Positions 1 to 11,619 of a stretch of 64,000 nt of DNA are shown piece by piece. The stretch spans positions 3,348,001 through 3,412,000 of the forward strand of contig OZ024743.1 of assembly GCA_964016885.1 (NCBI GenBank). The letters run 5' to 3'. Every line of letters starts with the position of its first letter. The first letter of the stretch is position 1. Origin of the DNA: Eledone cirrhosa. Lineage: Eukaryota. The position numbers were made by a program, and so were the translations under genes. Below the pieces are notes generated by a model that saw nothing but the letters and a program-made list of their open reading frames with translations, did no database searches and was not told the DNA's origin.

Positions 1-200
1 TTTGTATGTATATATATATATATATATATATGCGTGTTTGTATATATATAGATATATATATATATATATATATATGTGTATATAGGTGTCTATGTGTGAA
101 TATATGTCTTTATTCGTATGTGTGTATTTATGTATGTATATATTTATGTGTATGTATGTATGTGTATGTATGTATGTATATATATATATATATGTATATA

Positions 201-233
<33 letters not shown>

Positions 234-530
234 TATTCTTTATTATTATTGTAATATAACTTATGTGTATATGTGTATAAGTGAGGTTGTGTATGTATAT
301 ATACTATGTGTATATATAAGAGTAATGAAATATATATATATATATATATATGTGCATGTCTGTTTTTTATGTGTGTGTATATATATATATGTATGTGTAT
401 ATATGTATATATATATATATATGTGTACGTGTGTGTATGTGGATGTGTGTGTATATATATATATATATACATGTGGGTGTTTGTATGTGTATTTATGGTG
501 GTATGAGTGTGTGGATATATATGTTTGTAT

Positions 531-562
<32 letters not shown>

Positions 563-569
563 GAGTCTA

Positions 570-622
<53 letters not shown>

Positions 623-805
623 ATGTGTGTATGTGTTGCGCGTGAGTGTGTGTGTATTTATATCTTTTTATATGTGTATGTGTATGTTCGTGTAAATGTA
701 TGTGTGTGTATGACTGTATAGGTATGTGTGTATGTATGTATGTGTAAATATCTCTATGTGCGCGTACATGTATGTATGTGTATGTATATCTGTATGTGTA
801 TGTAC
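1..805. repeat. (TA)n/(TG)n mixed microsatellite, low-complexity tract
   Basis: Direct dinucleotide repeats; the Y/I/C/V/M-rich ORFs here are repeat artefacts. Confidence 0.95.
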
Positions 806-1730
806 ATTACATTATTTTTATTATATTTTATTGTTTTTATTTTTTTATTTTTCTTAATTTATAGATACATTTATATTAGGCAGTCTGGTCTGACAATCTA
901 ATACTGACCCCTCCCCCCCCCTCCCACCTAATTTCTGTATCTTGATCTTGAAATGTGTGTACCAGTGTTTTTATGTGAGTGACTTAATTTCTATTTGCTT
1001 ATGATTTTATATACACATATATAAATGTGAGTGGGGGAGTGTGTGTGTTTGTATGTTCGTGATTATGTGTATATTTATGCATATACGCACATGTACGTGT
1101 GATTATACTGATATGTGTGAGTATGAAAAAAATATATTTATATGCTTGACTCCATAAGTATCATTGCGTATCTTATCAGCGCATTAAGCTTACAGAGATA
1201 TTAACCTTGAAATTTTGTGTTTGCATCCATCTTTTTAGTATGCACATACAAATTATACACACATTATTGTAAAATATGTGTAAGGTTTTTACATGTATAT
1301 ACACACACCAAACTGCTTTTAACCCTTTGTGTTTTCATTGGTCAATTTTGAACTGATATTTTGAATTGTTGTTATTATCAATAAATATACTTCATTATTT
1401 CTGAAGACGGCGTATATATGAGTTGGGTATGTATATTTAATCTTGATAATTTGTATAATTTTGTATAATTTTGTACATAGATCTGTTAAATATGCATACC
1501 AATTATAACACATATATACCCTAGAAACGATCGTTAAATAGTGAACTTTTTTTGTTTAATATAAGGAATTGTTTGTTCATTATTTGTTTAATATTTTATC
1601 TTGACTCTGTATACCGTTTATCTTTCACCGAAAGTGGATTTTCATTACATCTCTTCTTTCCATGATATCCGGAATACATTGAGTTCTTCATACGGATTGG
1701 ACACTACCGTAAACTCTTGGTAGATTTATC

Positions 1731-1733
<3 letters not shown>
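806..1733 (+). mobile_element. 3'-terminal non-coding fragment of a Penelope-like element in a TA array
   Basis: Carries a hammerhead (1391-1545), ends in (TA)n, and shares GGAWTACATTGAGTTCTTCAT with another TA-flanked unit at ~29062-29082. Confidence 0.55.
1391..1545 (+). ncRNA. Type I hammerhead ribozyme with very long stem II
   Basis: Stem I ttcattattt/aaatagtgaa; CTGAAGA 1401-1407; stem II gtatatatg/catatatac and ggtatgtatatttaa/ttaaatatgcatacc; GAAA 1524-1527; palindromic cgatcg; TT cleavage site. Confidence 0.75.
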
Positions 1734-1767
<34 letters not shown>

Positions 1768-1799
1768 GTATATATATATGTATATATGTGTATATATAT

Positions 1800-1837
<38 letters not shown>

Positions 1838-1838
<1 letters not shown>

Positions 1839-2518
1839 AGCCAGGACTATCCATCATCAGTGGTCTACTAGCCATCATAGGTATTTCTTCGCATTACAGA
1901 CCATATATCTCAAGCTAGGGAAATACAATAACTAAATTAAGTTATTGGGATAAAAAGAATTGGGTGGAGAAAGAGAGACAGGTAAACAAACACGAATGGA
2001 GAGGCAACATATGTCTCCCCTCTTCTCTCTCTTTCTCCTTCTTACTTTTACTCACCCTCTCTGCTAGTCACCCTCTCTCAACTAACTCTTCCTCACACTT
2101 TTACTCACTCACTCTCTGCTACTCACCCTCACTCTCACTCCATCGTCCCACATCGTACGAAATTCTTTCCTCGCTCACATTCGCACGGCTAAGATGTGTC
2201 TTTGCCTTCTCGTCAATATTCGCAAGTTCTTATGTTCAACATGAATCATTGACGTGATTTTCTCATTTTTTCCTCTCTTTACGTTGCCTCTCCATTCGTA
2301 TTTGTTTACCTGTCTCTCTTTCTCCACCCAATTCTTTTTATCCCAATAACTTATTTTAGTTATTGTATTGCCCTAGCCGGAGGTATCTGGTCTGTAATGC
2401 GAAGAAATACCTATGATGGCTAGTAGACCACTGATAAAGGATAGTCCTGGCTTCTATTTCTAATTCTTCATTTTATTATATATATCATAATTGCAACAAC
2501 ACAGCTCGCCATTTTTAA

Positions 2519-2521
<3 letters not shown>
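1838..2521 (+). mobile_element. TA-embedded fold-back element (probable non-coding PLE derivative)
   Basis: Inverted repeat arms 1838-2008 and 2283-2453, then an unpaired ~68-nt tail; (TA)n on both sides. Confidence 0.65.
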
Positions 2522-2557
<36 letters not shown>

Positions 2558-2827
2558 AAAAAGGGATGAAATCGAAAATGCAACTGAAGTCTTATTTTTT
2601 TAAAAAATATATATATTTATTTGGTTCCTTTACCGGTTTCGCAGTTCTTCTGCTTTTCAAAAGGTGAGTTGAGATGGAGGGTCTGTGGTTTTTCTCACAT
2701 CTGGTTGGTCTCTAAATGTTACTTGTTTTATATGGAAAAAGTGGCTCGAAAACCAGGTTTTTCGAGAAGTAATTTGATTGGTTTGTCAATAATTATAATA
2801 AATTTCGCGCCAGTTTGCGTTACAATA

Positions 2828-3994
2828 TGCCAACTTGCCAACTTAGTCATGGCATACTTAGAAGTCCAGATATATGAACAGTCCAAATCAAAATACGGAT
2901 TGAACTTCCACAAATATTTATCAGAGAATTGGAAACGCTACTTGGATGATTGCCTCATTCTTTGGTCCCACACACTCGACCAACTGAAGGATTTCAAAAA
3001 CTTAATAAACGGCATCAATAACCACATCCAATTCACAATGGAATACAGCCAAGATCAACTCCCATTTCTGGACATCTTAATCACAAAAAAAGACACAAAT
3101 ATCGAAACTGACATACACTACAAACCAACAGATTCCAAACAATATCTGCTATTCACCTCCAACCATCCAAAGCACACGAAGACGAACATTCCTTTTAACC
3201 TAGCAAGAAGAATTTGCACAATTGACTCCAATTATGAAACGCGAAATAAAAGACTTCAAGAATTAAAGGAAATTCTACTTGAGAGAGAGTACCCACTATT
3301 ACTAATAAATAATGGAATAGAAAGGGCTAAAGCAATAGGCATTGATGAATTACGGAAACAGAAACAAATTCAAGGTACGTCCAATATTCTATCATATATC
3401 TCAACACACAACCCAAGAAATGCGGAAGCTTACAACACTATTCACAATAACATCCCACTACTAAAACAAAACCCAAGAATGAAAAAAGCCCTTGAAACAC
3501 ACAAAATAATCAAAAGCAAAAGACAACCAAAATCACTGAAAACATTACTCACCAATGCCAAATTACCTACCACAAACCCACAACCAAGTATCAAAAAATG
3601 TGGTCGCTCTAATTGTGGAACCTGCACTCACCTCATTGAAGGCAACACGTATACATTTAAATCAGGACAAAATTTTACTGTAAAAAATCACTTCACTTGC
3701 TCATCAAAAAATCTGATTTATGCCATTAAATGTAAAGGATGCAATGAAGATTATATAGGACAAACTAAACTCACACTCAGAAACAGAATGACAGTTCATC
3801 GCCAACAATTACGAGATCCAACCACGAGACAGATACCACTAAGTGCATATCTAGACATTTGCGCAAGTAATAAGACACCCAAATTCCAAGTCTTCCCATT
3901 TTACCTTTGCGCTAACAATACAACAGAACAAATGCGAATAAATAAGGAAAATATGTTTATTCAAAAATATAGACCAACATTAAATAAGGTTTAA
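2828..3994 (+). CDS. PLE reverse transcriptase C-terminal half + GIY-YIG endonuclease (5'-truncated)
   Basis: ANLVMAYLE, RYLDD, LPFLDI, YKPTD, SNHP, CxxxxCxxC linker, NLIYAIKC..C...YIGQT..LRNR..H. The first ~69 aa of the ORF-track call come from the inverted repeat. Confidence 0.93.
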   Translation, partial: CQLANLVMAYLEVQIYEQSKSKYGLNFHKYLSENWKRYLDDCLILWSHTLDQLKDFKNLINGINNHIQFTMEYSQDQLPFLDILITKKDTNIETDIHYKPTDSKQYLLFTSNHPKHTKTNIPFNLARRICTIDSNYETRNKRLQELKEILLEREYPLLLINNGIERAKAIGIDELRKQKQIQGTSNILSYISTHNPRNAEAYNTIHNNIPLLKQNPRMKKALETHKIIKSKRQPKSLKTLLTNAKLPTTNPQPSIKKCGRSNCGTCTHLIEGNTYTFKSGQNFTVKNHFTCSSKNLIYAIKCKGCNEDYIGQTKLTLRNRMTVHRQQLRDPTTRQIPLSAYLDICASNKTPKFQVFPFYLCANNTTEQMRINKENMFIQKYRPTLNKV

Positions 3995-4492
3995 TATACA
4001 TTATGTCAACACCACAATATGACATACACACACACACATAACACCTTCTACTTTAGAAAATAAAAACCCGAACTAAATAAACCTTAAACATACGTTTGCA
4101 CTGGCAATACAACAGCAAACACGAAAAAGTCAGGAAAATATGTTCATTCAAAAATATTCCTACTAAAGGAATCATTTTCCTACACACACACATACACACA
4201 CACACAATATATATATATATATATATATATATTCTCTTCATCTTAACATGCTAACCATACTCCCACACACATAACACCCATACACACACATAACAACCCC
4301 CTCACACCCACAAGACCCTCCCCATTTCTACTAATAGAACCACTTTCCTACACACATATATATATACACACACACAAAATATATATTCTCTCTATCTAAC
4401 ATACTCGCGCACACACACATAACACCCATATACACACACACACAACTCCCTCCCCCATCTCTACTAATAGAATCATCTTCCAATACACACAT

Positions 4493-4523
<31 letters not shown>

Positions 4524-5033
4524 AGCACACAAATAAACACATATCTTCAGTCTCAATAGAAAATCTGAACTCTGACACCTGAACTCTGACAGCTGGCCAT
4601 ATTCACTGAACCAGAACATTTCTCCCAATCCCTTTGCCCTTGACCACTATCTCTCCATTGTCATAACATTCACTATAAAGACTACAGAATAGTTTTCCAA
4701 ATAAGGGCGCAAAAATGTAATGAAAACTTGTTCACGTGACAGCCAAATTTCATTTATAACCAACCCCAAAAAAGCCTTCGTGAGCCTCATTTTTTCAAGT
4801 AAAAAGAAATTCAAACACTCATATATGAAAAAACAACCTGTGACAACCCCCCCTCTCTTATTTGAAGAACTATTGTAACGCGAACTGGCGCGAAATTTAT
4901 TATAATTATTGACAAACCAATCAAATTACTTCTCGAAAAACCTGGTTTTCGAGCCACTTTTTCCATATAAAACAAGTAACATTTAGAGACCAACCAGATG
5001 TGAGAAAAACCACAGACCCTCCATCTCAACTCA

Positions 5034-5071
5034 CCTTTTGAAAAGCAGAAGAACTGCGAAACCGGTAAAGG
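5034..5071 (+). ncRNA. Minimal hammerhead ribozyme, U3-A8 core variant (mirror copy 2627-2664, minus)
   Basis: cctt-TTGAAAA-gcag-aagaa-ctgc-GAAA-ccgg-TA-aagg. Confidence 0.75.
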
Positions 5072-5225
5072 AACCAAATAAATATATATATTTTTTAAAA
5101 AAATAAGACTTCAGTTGCATTTTCGATTTCATCCCTTTTTCTTTATACTTCCACTCGTGTAGGACACCTCGGTTATTTTTCATTTTGTAAAAAAAAACCT
5201 CACTTTCTAATATATATATATATAT

Positions 5226-8200
5226 ATATTTATTAAAATAACAGATTAAAGTTTAAGCAAAGAATCGCCGCTTTCACCCTTAACGGGATCTTCTGAAACT
5301 AACAAAGTCAATCTGTAAACGCAGAACTGGATATTTCAAAAAACGTTGCAACCGGAGGAAGACAGGAAGACGATACTTTGGTTCATGGTGACGTTCGCTG
5401 GCAAAGAACGGGAAAAAACGAATAATACGTCATTAATAGGAGGGTGAAAAACAATTATGTGCAAGGACAGAACCACGTTTATGGTATAAAAGAGGTCGTA
5501 GACTAATGTTCTCTAAGTGGTGCATAGAGACGTTCTCTGGCAATGAACGAAAAAACGAAGATAATAAGTCATATGTGGAGCGTGGAGAACAATAGCGTGC
5601 AAAGACAAAACCACGTAAATGGTATAGCAGAAGTCGTAGACTAAAATTCTAACTAGGAGACCGAATGAATCTCCGCTACGGAGTTAAGAACAAAGCAAAT
5701 AAATACAATACAGAAGTAATAGGAACAAATAAATACATACACGCGAACAGATACGTACATACACAAGCATACGCATAACCTTACCATAGGTATACAAAAC
5801 CACGCACATATAAATATGTGTATGTGTGTATGCTTGTGTACAAATAAATAAATAATTATATAAACGTATATAAGTAAATAAATACGTATATAACAAGCGC
5901 ACACACATACCTACAAATAAATACATGAAGGTTCGGAGACGTAAGTCAACTAAAACAAGAAGTACACATATACACACACCCACCATACGTACGAACCTGC
6001 ATACTCACGCAGACGCAAAACTTCCATATACACATAACCAAGCCCTAAATACCAGAATATGTAAAAATGATACGCCAAAACAGTCAAATATACGTACGAG
6101 AAGGTATACATACCTTCACAAAACATACGGGTAACTAAGTGCGGACCTCGTGCTTGCGACAGATTCAGAAAAGAACTCACAGCCTTCTTTAAAGGCTTCA
6201 ACCTCTCTATACAGGTTGAGGCCAATCTCTCGGTCGTTAATTACCTCGACGTTACCCTCGATTTATTGAATGGGTTGCATTACCCGTATAGAAAGCCGAA
6301 TGATACGCTTAATTACATAAGTAAGCATTCCAACCATCCTGCCAGCATAACCAAGAACCTGGTAAAAAACGTTTCGTTGAGGCTTTCCCGTCTTTCCACC
6401 AACGAGCGCATTTTCAACGACCATTCCACTTATTACAATGAAGCTCTTGCTCGAAGTGGATTTGTCGATAAGGTAGCATATACAGAGTACGAGAATAGAC
6501 CTAGAAGAAATAGATCCCGTCGCATTTGTTGGTTTAACCCACCATATAATATGGAGGTGGCCACACCATTAGCTAAGATCTTTCTTTCCCTTATTACGAA
6601 GCATTTTCCCCCTACACATAAATATAGTAAAATTTTTAATAGAAACACTATTAAAATTTCTTACTCAACGACTCCTAACCTTGCACATAACATCACAGCT
6701 TCAAATTTAGCTAAACTACCTAGCCGTAGGAACACGTGCAACCCTGTAGTTAGTACTAATTGTAATTGTAGGAATAGGGCTGATTGTCCCCTATCCGGGA
6801 AATGCCTCTCTAGTAACATTGTCTACAAATGTAAGGTTGTAACACCTACATAGGGTTAACCGCCAATAGTTTCAAGCAGCGTCTTTACATGCATACCCAT
6901 TCTTTTCGTTACCCTCTAAGAAGGAATATGACGTCACTTTCAGCTTATATCTGGAGTCTAAAAGACAACCACACCCAATATAAGTTACACTGGGAGATCC
7001 TAGCTAGGGCTAGATCGTATAACGGAAATAAAAGACCATGTGACCTCTGCGCCGCTGAGGCCCTGGAAATACTCTACGCCACAGACCACATCTTAAACAA
7101 AAAATCTGAGGCAATTTCGGCTTGTAAACATAAATTGCACAAAACTTTCCTGTATTACAGCCCTACGTTATACCCTAACGGATAGCACGATCTATACGTG
7201 GATATTTACGTCTTGATGTGGGAGCTAAGTATATGTTTTGTTTATTCCTTTACTTTTTGCATAGGTAAGTATATATTACCCGTATGTTTTGTGAAGGTAT
7301 GTATACCTTCTCGTACGTATATTTGACTGTTTTGGCGTATAATTTTTACATATTCTGGTATTTAGGGCTTGGTTATGTGTATATGGGAATTTTGCGTCTG
7401 CGTGAGTATGCAGGTTCGTACGTATGGTGGGTGTGTGTATATGTGTACTTCTTGTTTTAGTTGACTTACGTCTCCGAACCTTCATGTATTTATTTGTAGG
7501 TATGTGTGTGCGCTTGTTATATACGTATTTATTTACTTATATACGTTTATATAATTATTTATTTATTTGTACACAAGCATACACACATACACATATTTAT
7601 ATGTGCGTGGTTTTGTATACCTATGGTAAGGTTATGCGTATGCTTGTGTATGTACGTATCTGTTCGCGTGTATGTATTTATTTGTTCCTATTACTTCTGT
7701 ATTGTATTTATTTGCTTTGTTCTTAACTCCGTAGCGGAGATTCATTCGGTCTCCTAGTTAGAATTTTAGTCTACGACTTCTGCTATACCATTTACGTGGT
7801 TTTGTCTTTGCACGCTATTGTTCTCCACGCTCCACATATGACTTATTATCTTCGTTTTTTCGTTCATTGCCAGAGAACGTCTCTATGCACCACTTAGAGA
7901 ACATTAGTCTACGACCTCTTTTATACCATAAACGTGGTTCTGTCCTTGCACGTAATTGTTTTTCACCGCTCCTATTAATGACGTATTATTCGTTTTTTCC
8001 CGTTCTTTGCCAGCGAACGGCACCATGAACCAAAGTATCGTCTTCCTGTCTTCCTCCGGTTGCAACGTTTTTTGAAATATCCAGTTCTGCGTTTACAGAT
8101 TGACTTTGTTAGTTTCAGAAGATCCCGTTAAGGGTGAAAGCAGCGATTCTTTGCTTAAACTTTAATCTGTTTTTTTAATAAATATTTGCTCTTCGGTTCT

Positions 8201-8267
8201 TATATATTTGATATATATTTTCCTTATCGAGCCCTCTCTGGATTTTAGTCTTCAATTTTATTATTAT

Positions 8268-8271
<4 letters not shown>
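5226..8271 (+). mobile_element. Penelope-like retroelement 2 (Naiad/Nematis-like) with ~900-bp inverted pLTR
   Basis: Inverted arms ~5226-6134 and 7276-8185, unpaired tail to ~8271, TA flanks. Confidence 0.92.
6135..7185 (+). pseudogene. PLE RT thumb + GIY-YIG, frameshifted at ~6846
   Basis: NYLDVTLDL, PYRKPND, SNHP, WFNPPY, TIKISYSTTPNL, CNCR..CPLSGKC, IVYKC; then in the shifted frame YIGLTANSFKQR..H..SF, CDLC..E, ILNKKSE..C.H. Confidence 0.9.
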
Positions 8272-8366
<95 letters not shown>

Positions 8367-8380
8367 TATCTATCTATCTA

Positions 8381-8539
8381 GAAGAGGAAGACCAAGGTTA
8401 ACATATGTTGATGCCCTAAGGACAGACACTGGTCTGTTGGAGATGCAGGATATGGCAGCGATAATGAGGGACAGAGACCGCTGGAGAGAACTCGTCCATG
8501 AATCTCGGGAATTTTACCCGCCTTAGATAGATAGATAGA

Positions 8540-8541
<2 letters not shown>
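8381..8541 (+). mobile_element. RTE-type LINE 3' end with (TAGA)n tail
   Basis: Encodes [11 protein letters not shown]...[11 protein letters not shown], followed by TAGA repeats. Confidence 0.7.
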
Positions 8542-8582
<41 letters not shown>

Positions 8583-8623
8583 GTATATATATATATATGT
8601 ATGTATATATCTATATATATATG

Positions 8624-8656
<33 letters not shown>

Positions 8657-8741
8657 ATATATATATATGTATATATATATATGTGTGTGTGTATATATAT
8701 ATATATATGTATATATATATGTGTGTGTATGTATATACTGG

Positions 8742-8803
8742 TGTTACCAGTAGCACCAACTGGTGACCTGATGTCAGGTCACCAGTTGGTGCTACTGGTA
8801 ACA
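8742..8803. repeat. Perfect 30-bp-arm palindrome
   Basis: tgttaccagtagcaccaactggtgacctga-tg-tcaggtcaccagttggtgctactggtaaca. Confidence 0.95.
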
Positions 8804-9109
8804 TGTATCCCAGTACAACCTGTCTCATGGTCGGGTCGTTGGCGACTAAACTGGCAACCCCACCAAGGTTTCTTGGTGAGGAGGGTGACTTTGGACATCC
8901 TGCAGGACTAAAAACAAAACCTGTCAAAGGGCAAAGGAGCTCTTAAGAGTCAATGGCCATCCAAAATCACCGGGAGAGATGACCCCTTAGCCTTTGTCAA
9001 GGCAGAATTCTAGGAGAAGGAAAACTCTGATATAACACCTGCAACCCTGATGGTATCCAATGATGTTGACTTGTTCTTCTTTTTGGTAAATATCATCTTG
9101 GTTAAGAGA

Positions 9110-9410
9110 GTGGGACTGGCTTTGTGCAGTGCCTTTGCTCACTATAAAAGCTTCACGGCACAGGCATTGCTTTATATCTGGAGATCTCCCTGCACTTGTC
9201 CTCATATGGGCCCAGCACTATGTGTCAATAATTGTCCTACCATGGGCCCAGCACTATGTGTCAATAATTGTCACAGGTGTAGTGTTTGTACCAGAGGTTT
9301 CAAGTCGCTGGCTGGACTAAAAAGTCACACTCGTTCAGCGCTTCGGTAGGGGTTATCCTACATGGATGTAAAGTAGTGGCCGTACTCGAAAACGAGTTGG
9401 CAGCCACCAT
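9110..9410 (+). mobile_element. RTE-type LINE 3' end with terminal C2H2-like knuckle; inverted copy at 11045-11190
   Basis: HRCSVCTRGFKSLAGLKSHTR; 9265-9410 matches the reverse complement of 11045-11190. Confidence 0.65.
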
Positions 9411-9467
9411 ATATATATATATATATTGAAATAATTGCTAACCAGAGGGAATTTCAATCTGTTATAA

Positions 9468-10381
9468 TCTATATATATAAAACTGTGGTTGTCTGTCTGT
9501 CTATCGATTTTTGGCACACATCTCCTCTTAGAATCTCTCACGGAATTGCACCGAAATTGCTATACTTGTACATTGAGCCCTAGCGAAGACATCGGAAAAA
9601 AAAAATTTCAAATTGACCCACCTTATGTGACGAAATCGAATATAATGTATCGATTTTTGAGCGTAAGTTATCAGTTATTTCCCTTTGTTCTGTTTACATT
9701 GAGCGTCTTACGTAAAAAATTACGCTGGCTTTAACAGTTGTCGAGCCAGCAAAATATTGACCTGCAAAATTCATCAGTTCGAACACTAAGCTTCCGTTTT
9801 GCTTCATTTCCATTTAAAAGCATTTTAAAACAATATTTTTACTTGAAAACAAGTCTATTTAAAGACTACGTAAAACAAGCAAATATTTCGTCGTTAGGCG
9901 TGCAGACAGACAGTCGTGCAGACAGACAGTCGTGCAGAGAGGTGATATAGGCGTGCAGACAGGTGATATAGGCGTGCAGACAGATAGTCGTGCAGACAGA
10001 TAGTCGTGCAGAGAGGTGATATAGGCGTGCAGACAGACAGTCGTGCAGAGAGGTGATATAGGCGTGCAGACAGACATAACTGATAATTTGGTTACGCTAA
10101 TGTTTTTCTCTGCGTTGCAGTGTTTACATTTTCGATCTTTGTTAATAAATAACCAGTGCAGTTTTTATCCCCAGCATCCTCTTTTGTTATAACATTCGGG
10201 TTATCGTTATGTTTTCTTAACTTCATAAGGCATATTGTTGGTTGAGGGAATATTAATCAAAAACACCACATGCAAGTCTGCACAGTAGACACTACAGTTT
10301 TTAAGCCAAAAAAGAAACTTAACATTGTAACTTTAACACAGCTACTGAGCGACCCCGAGCAACGCCGGGCTTTTCTGCTAG
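9468..10381 (+). mobile_element. Non-autonomous Helitron
   Basis: A|TC 5' end (tctatatatataaaa..gtctgtctgtc), 3' hairpin cccgagcaacgccggg then CTAG|T; internal minisatellite at 9896-10075. Confidence 0.85.
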
Positions 10382-10561
10382 TAAATTATATATTTACTTA
10401 TGAAATGAAACAATATATGTTGAAAATAAAATATTGAAATTAAACCTTAGTAAAAATATTGTAAATAGAAGTTGATAAAATATAAATTGTCCAGACTGGA
10501 GTTTGAATACCGGATATTTACTGTTTGGTTTCATAAGTACATACATAATATTCTTTCAACA

Positions 10562-10650
10562 ATGGCTGGATTCATAACCTTACAAAGAAGCAAAGATAAA
10601 CTTATTCACAAAGGATTTATTTATCAACAAGTTAGAGCAAGAGGAGGAAG
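10562..10650 (+). pseudogene. FLYWCH-like N-terminal fragment (MULE-transposase-like)
   Basis: MAGFITLQRSKDKLIHKGFIY resembles the FLYWCH start consensus; interrupted by a SINE at ~10665. Confidence 0.35.
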
Positions 10651-10664
10651 AGAACAAAAAGAGA

Positions 10665-10820
10665 CATGGTTGTTTGATTTAGGAGCTCACTTTGCAACTA
10701 TGTAGTTCAGGGTTCAATTCCGCTGCACGGCATCTTGGTCATGTCCCTTTTACTATAAACTCTGGTTGACCAACGCCTTATAAGGGGAATTTGGTATAGA
10801 TGGCGACTGCATACAAGCCC

Positions 10821-10823
<3 letters not shown>
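10665..10823 (+). mobile_element. Degenerate tRNA-derived SINE
   Basis: B-box-like ggttcaattcc; runs into (TA)n. Confidence 0.45.
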
Positions 10824-10871
<48 letters not shown>

Positions 10872-11619
10872 CCATACTCTACTACCCCAAGTATCGAGCA
10901 CTTTGGTGAGTAAAGGTCTAACCAGTTTCTAACTGAATCCATCTTGATTTATATATATATATATAAATCAAGATAGATTCAGTTACATACATACACACAC
11001 ACACATACATACATACATACATACATACATACATACATACATACATAGTGGCTGCCAACTCGTTTTCGAGTACGGCCACTACTTTATATCCATGTAGGAG
11101 AACTCCTACCGATTAGCTAAACGAGTGTGACGTTTTAGTCCAGCCAGCGACTTGAAAACTCTGGTACAAACACTACACCTGTGACAATTATACATACATA
11201 CATACATACATACATATGTGTTGACGGATGGTAAGAGCTGATGATAGGAAAGTATTATAGGCAATCAAAACCCCTGACGATGCCACCTACCTACAGAAAT
11301 ACTCAAACAGACTATACAAGTAGTTTGAATATAATGTTATTCAACATAATGTTGGAAAAGTTTAAGCTTTCCACTATCAGCCTGGAAACACAAATACACC
11401 GCAATGAAGATACACAGAACGAAGTCGGATACTCAGAACACAATCACAATCAGTGTCTGATATGTTTAAGTAATGAACGATGTGTCGTTTTCTGTGCATC
11501 TTACTAAGATGACAGCGAAGTGTATATGACTGGTCGGATTGATTCTATGACCATTTCGAAGGAGAGGTAAAGAAATGATGTTTGCTCGGTGGAAGACATT
11601 TGTTCTTAACTGTCTAGAC

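Larger units (their letters stand above)
2551..5210 (+). mobile_element. Penelope-like retroelement 1 (Neptune-like), 5'-truncated with inverted pLTR
   Basis: Near-perfect inverted arms 2551-2827 and 4871-5147, unpaired 3' tail to ~5210, TA flanks, RT+GIY-YIG ORF inside. Confidence 0.92.

Noticed and set aside
6-721. Many YI/CV/TH/poly-S/T/Y ORFs here and at 8.5, 20.2, 21.1, 23.4, 25.7, 27.6, 33.0 and 53.4 kb
   Set aside because: Translations of microsatellites.
2371-2453. Hammerhead in fold-back units 1838-2521 and 28172-28848
   Set aside because: CTGATGA-like and GAAA words are present but do not assemble into the fold.
2621-2827. N-terminal 69 aa of the 457-aa ORF and its twin ORF 4811-5077
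   Set aside because: Antisense read-through of the inverted terminal repeat, not PLE protein.
5653-7757. Mirror ORF pairs (83, 100 and 69 aa)
   Set aside because: Consequence of the inverted repeat; low complexity.
8110-8150. Hammerhead in PLE2 (CAGAAGA-tccc..gggt-GAAA)
   Set aside because: Core deviates and stems I/III cannot be assigned, so it is not listed as a ribozyme feature.
9896-10075. CRISPR-like repeat array
   Set aside because: No unique spacers; a Helitron-internal minisatellite in a eukaryote.
9265-11190. Large element with terminal inverted repeats
   Set aside because: The arms are two diverged LINE 3' ends facing each other, each with its own tail, and there is no TSD.
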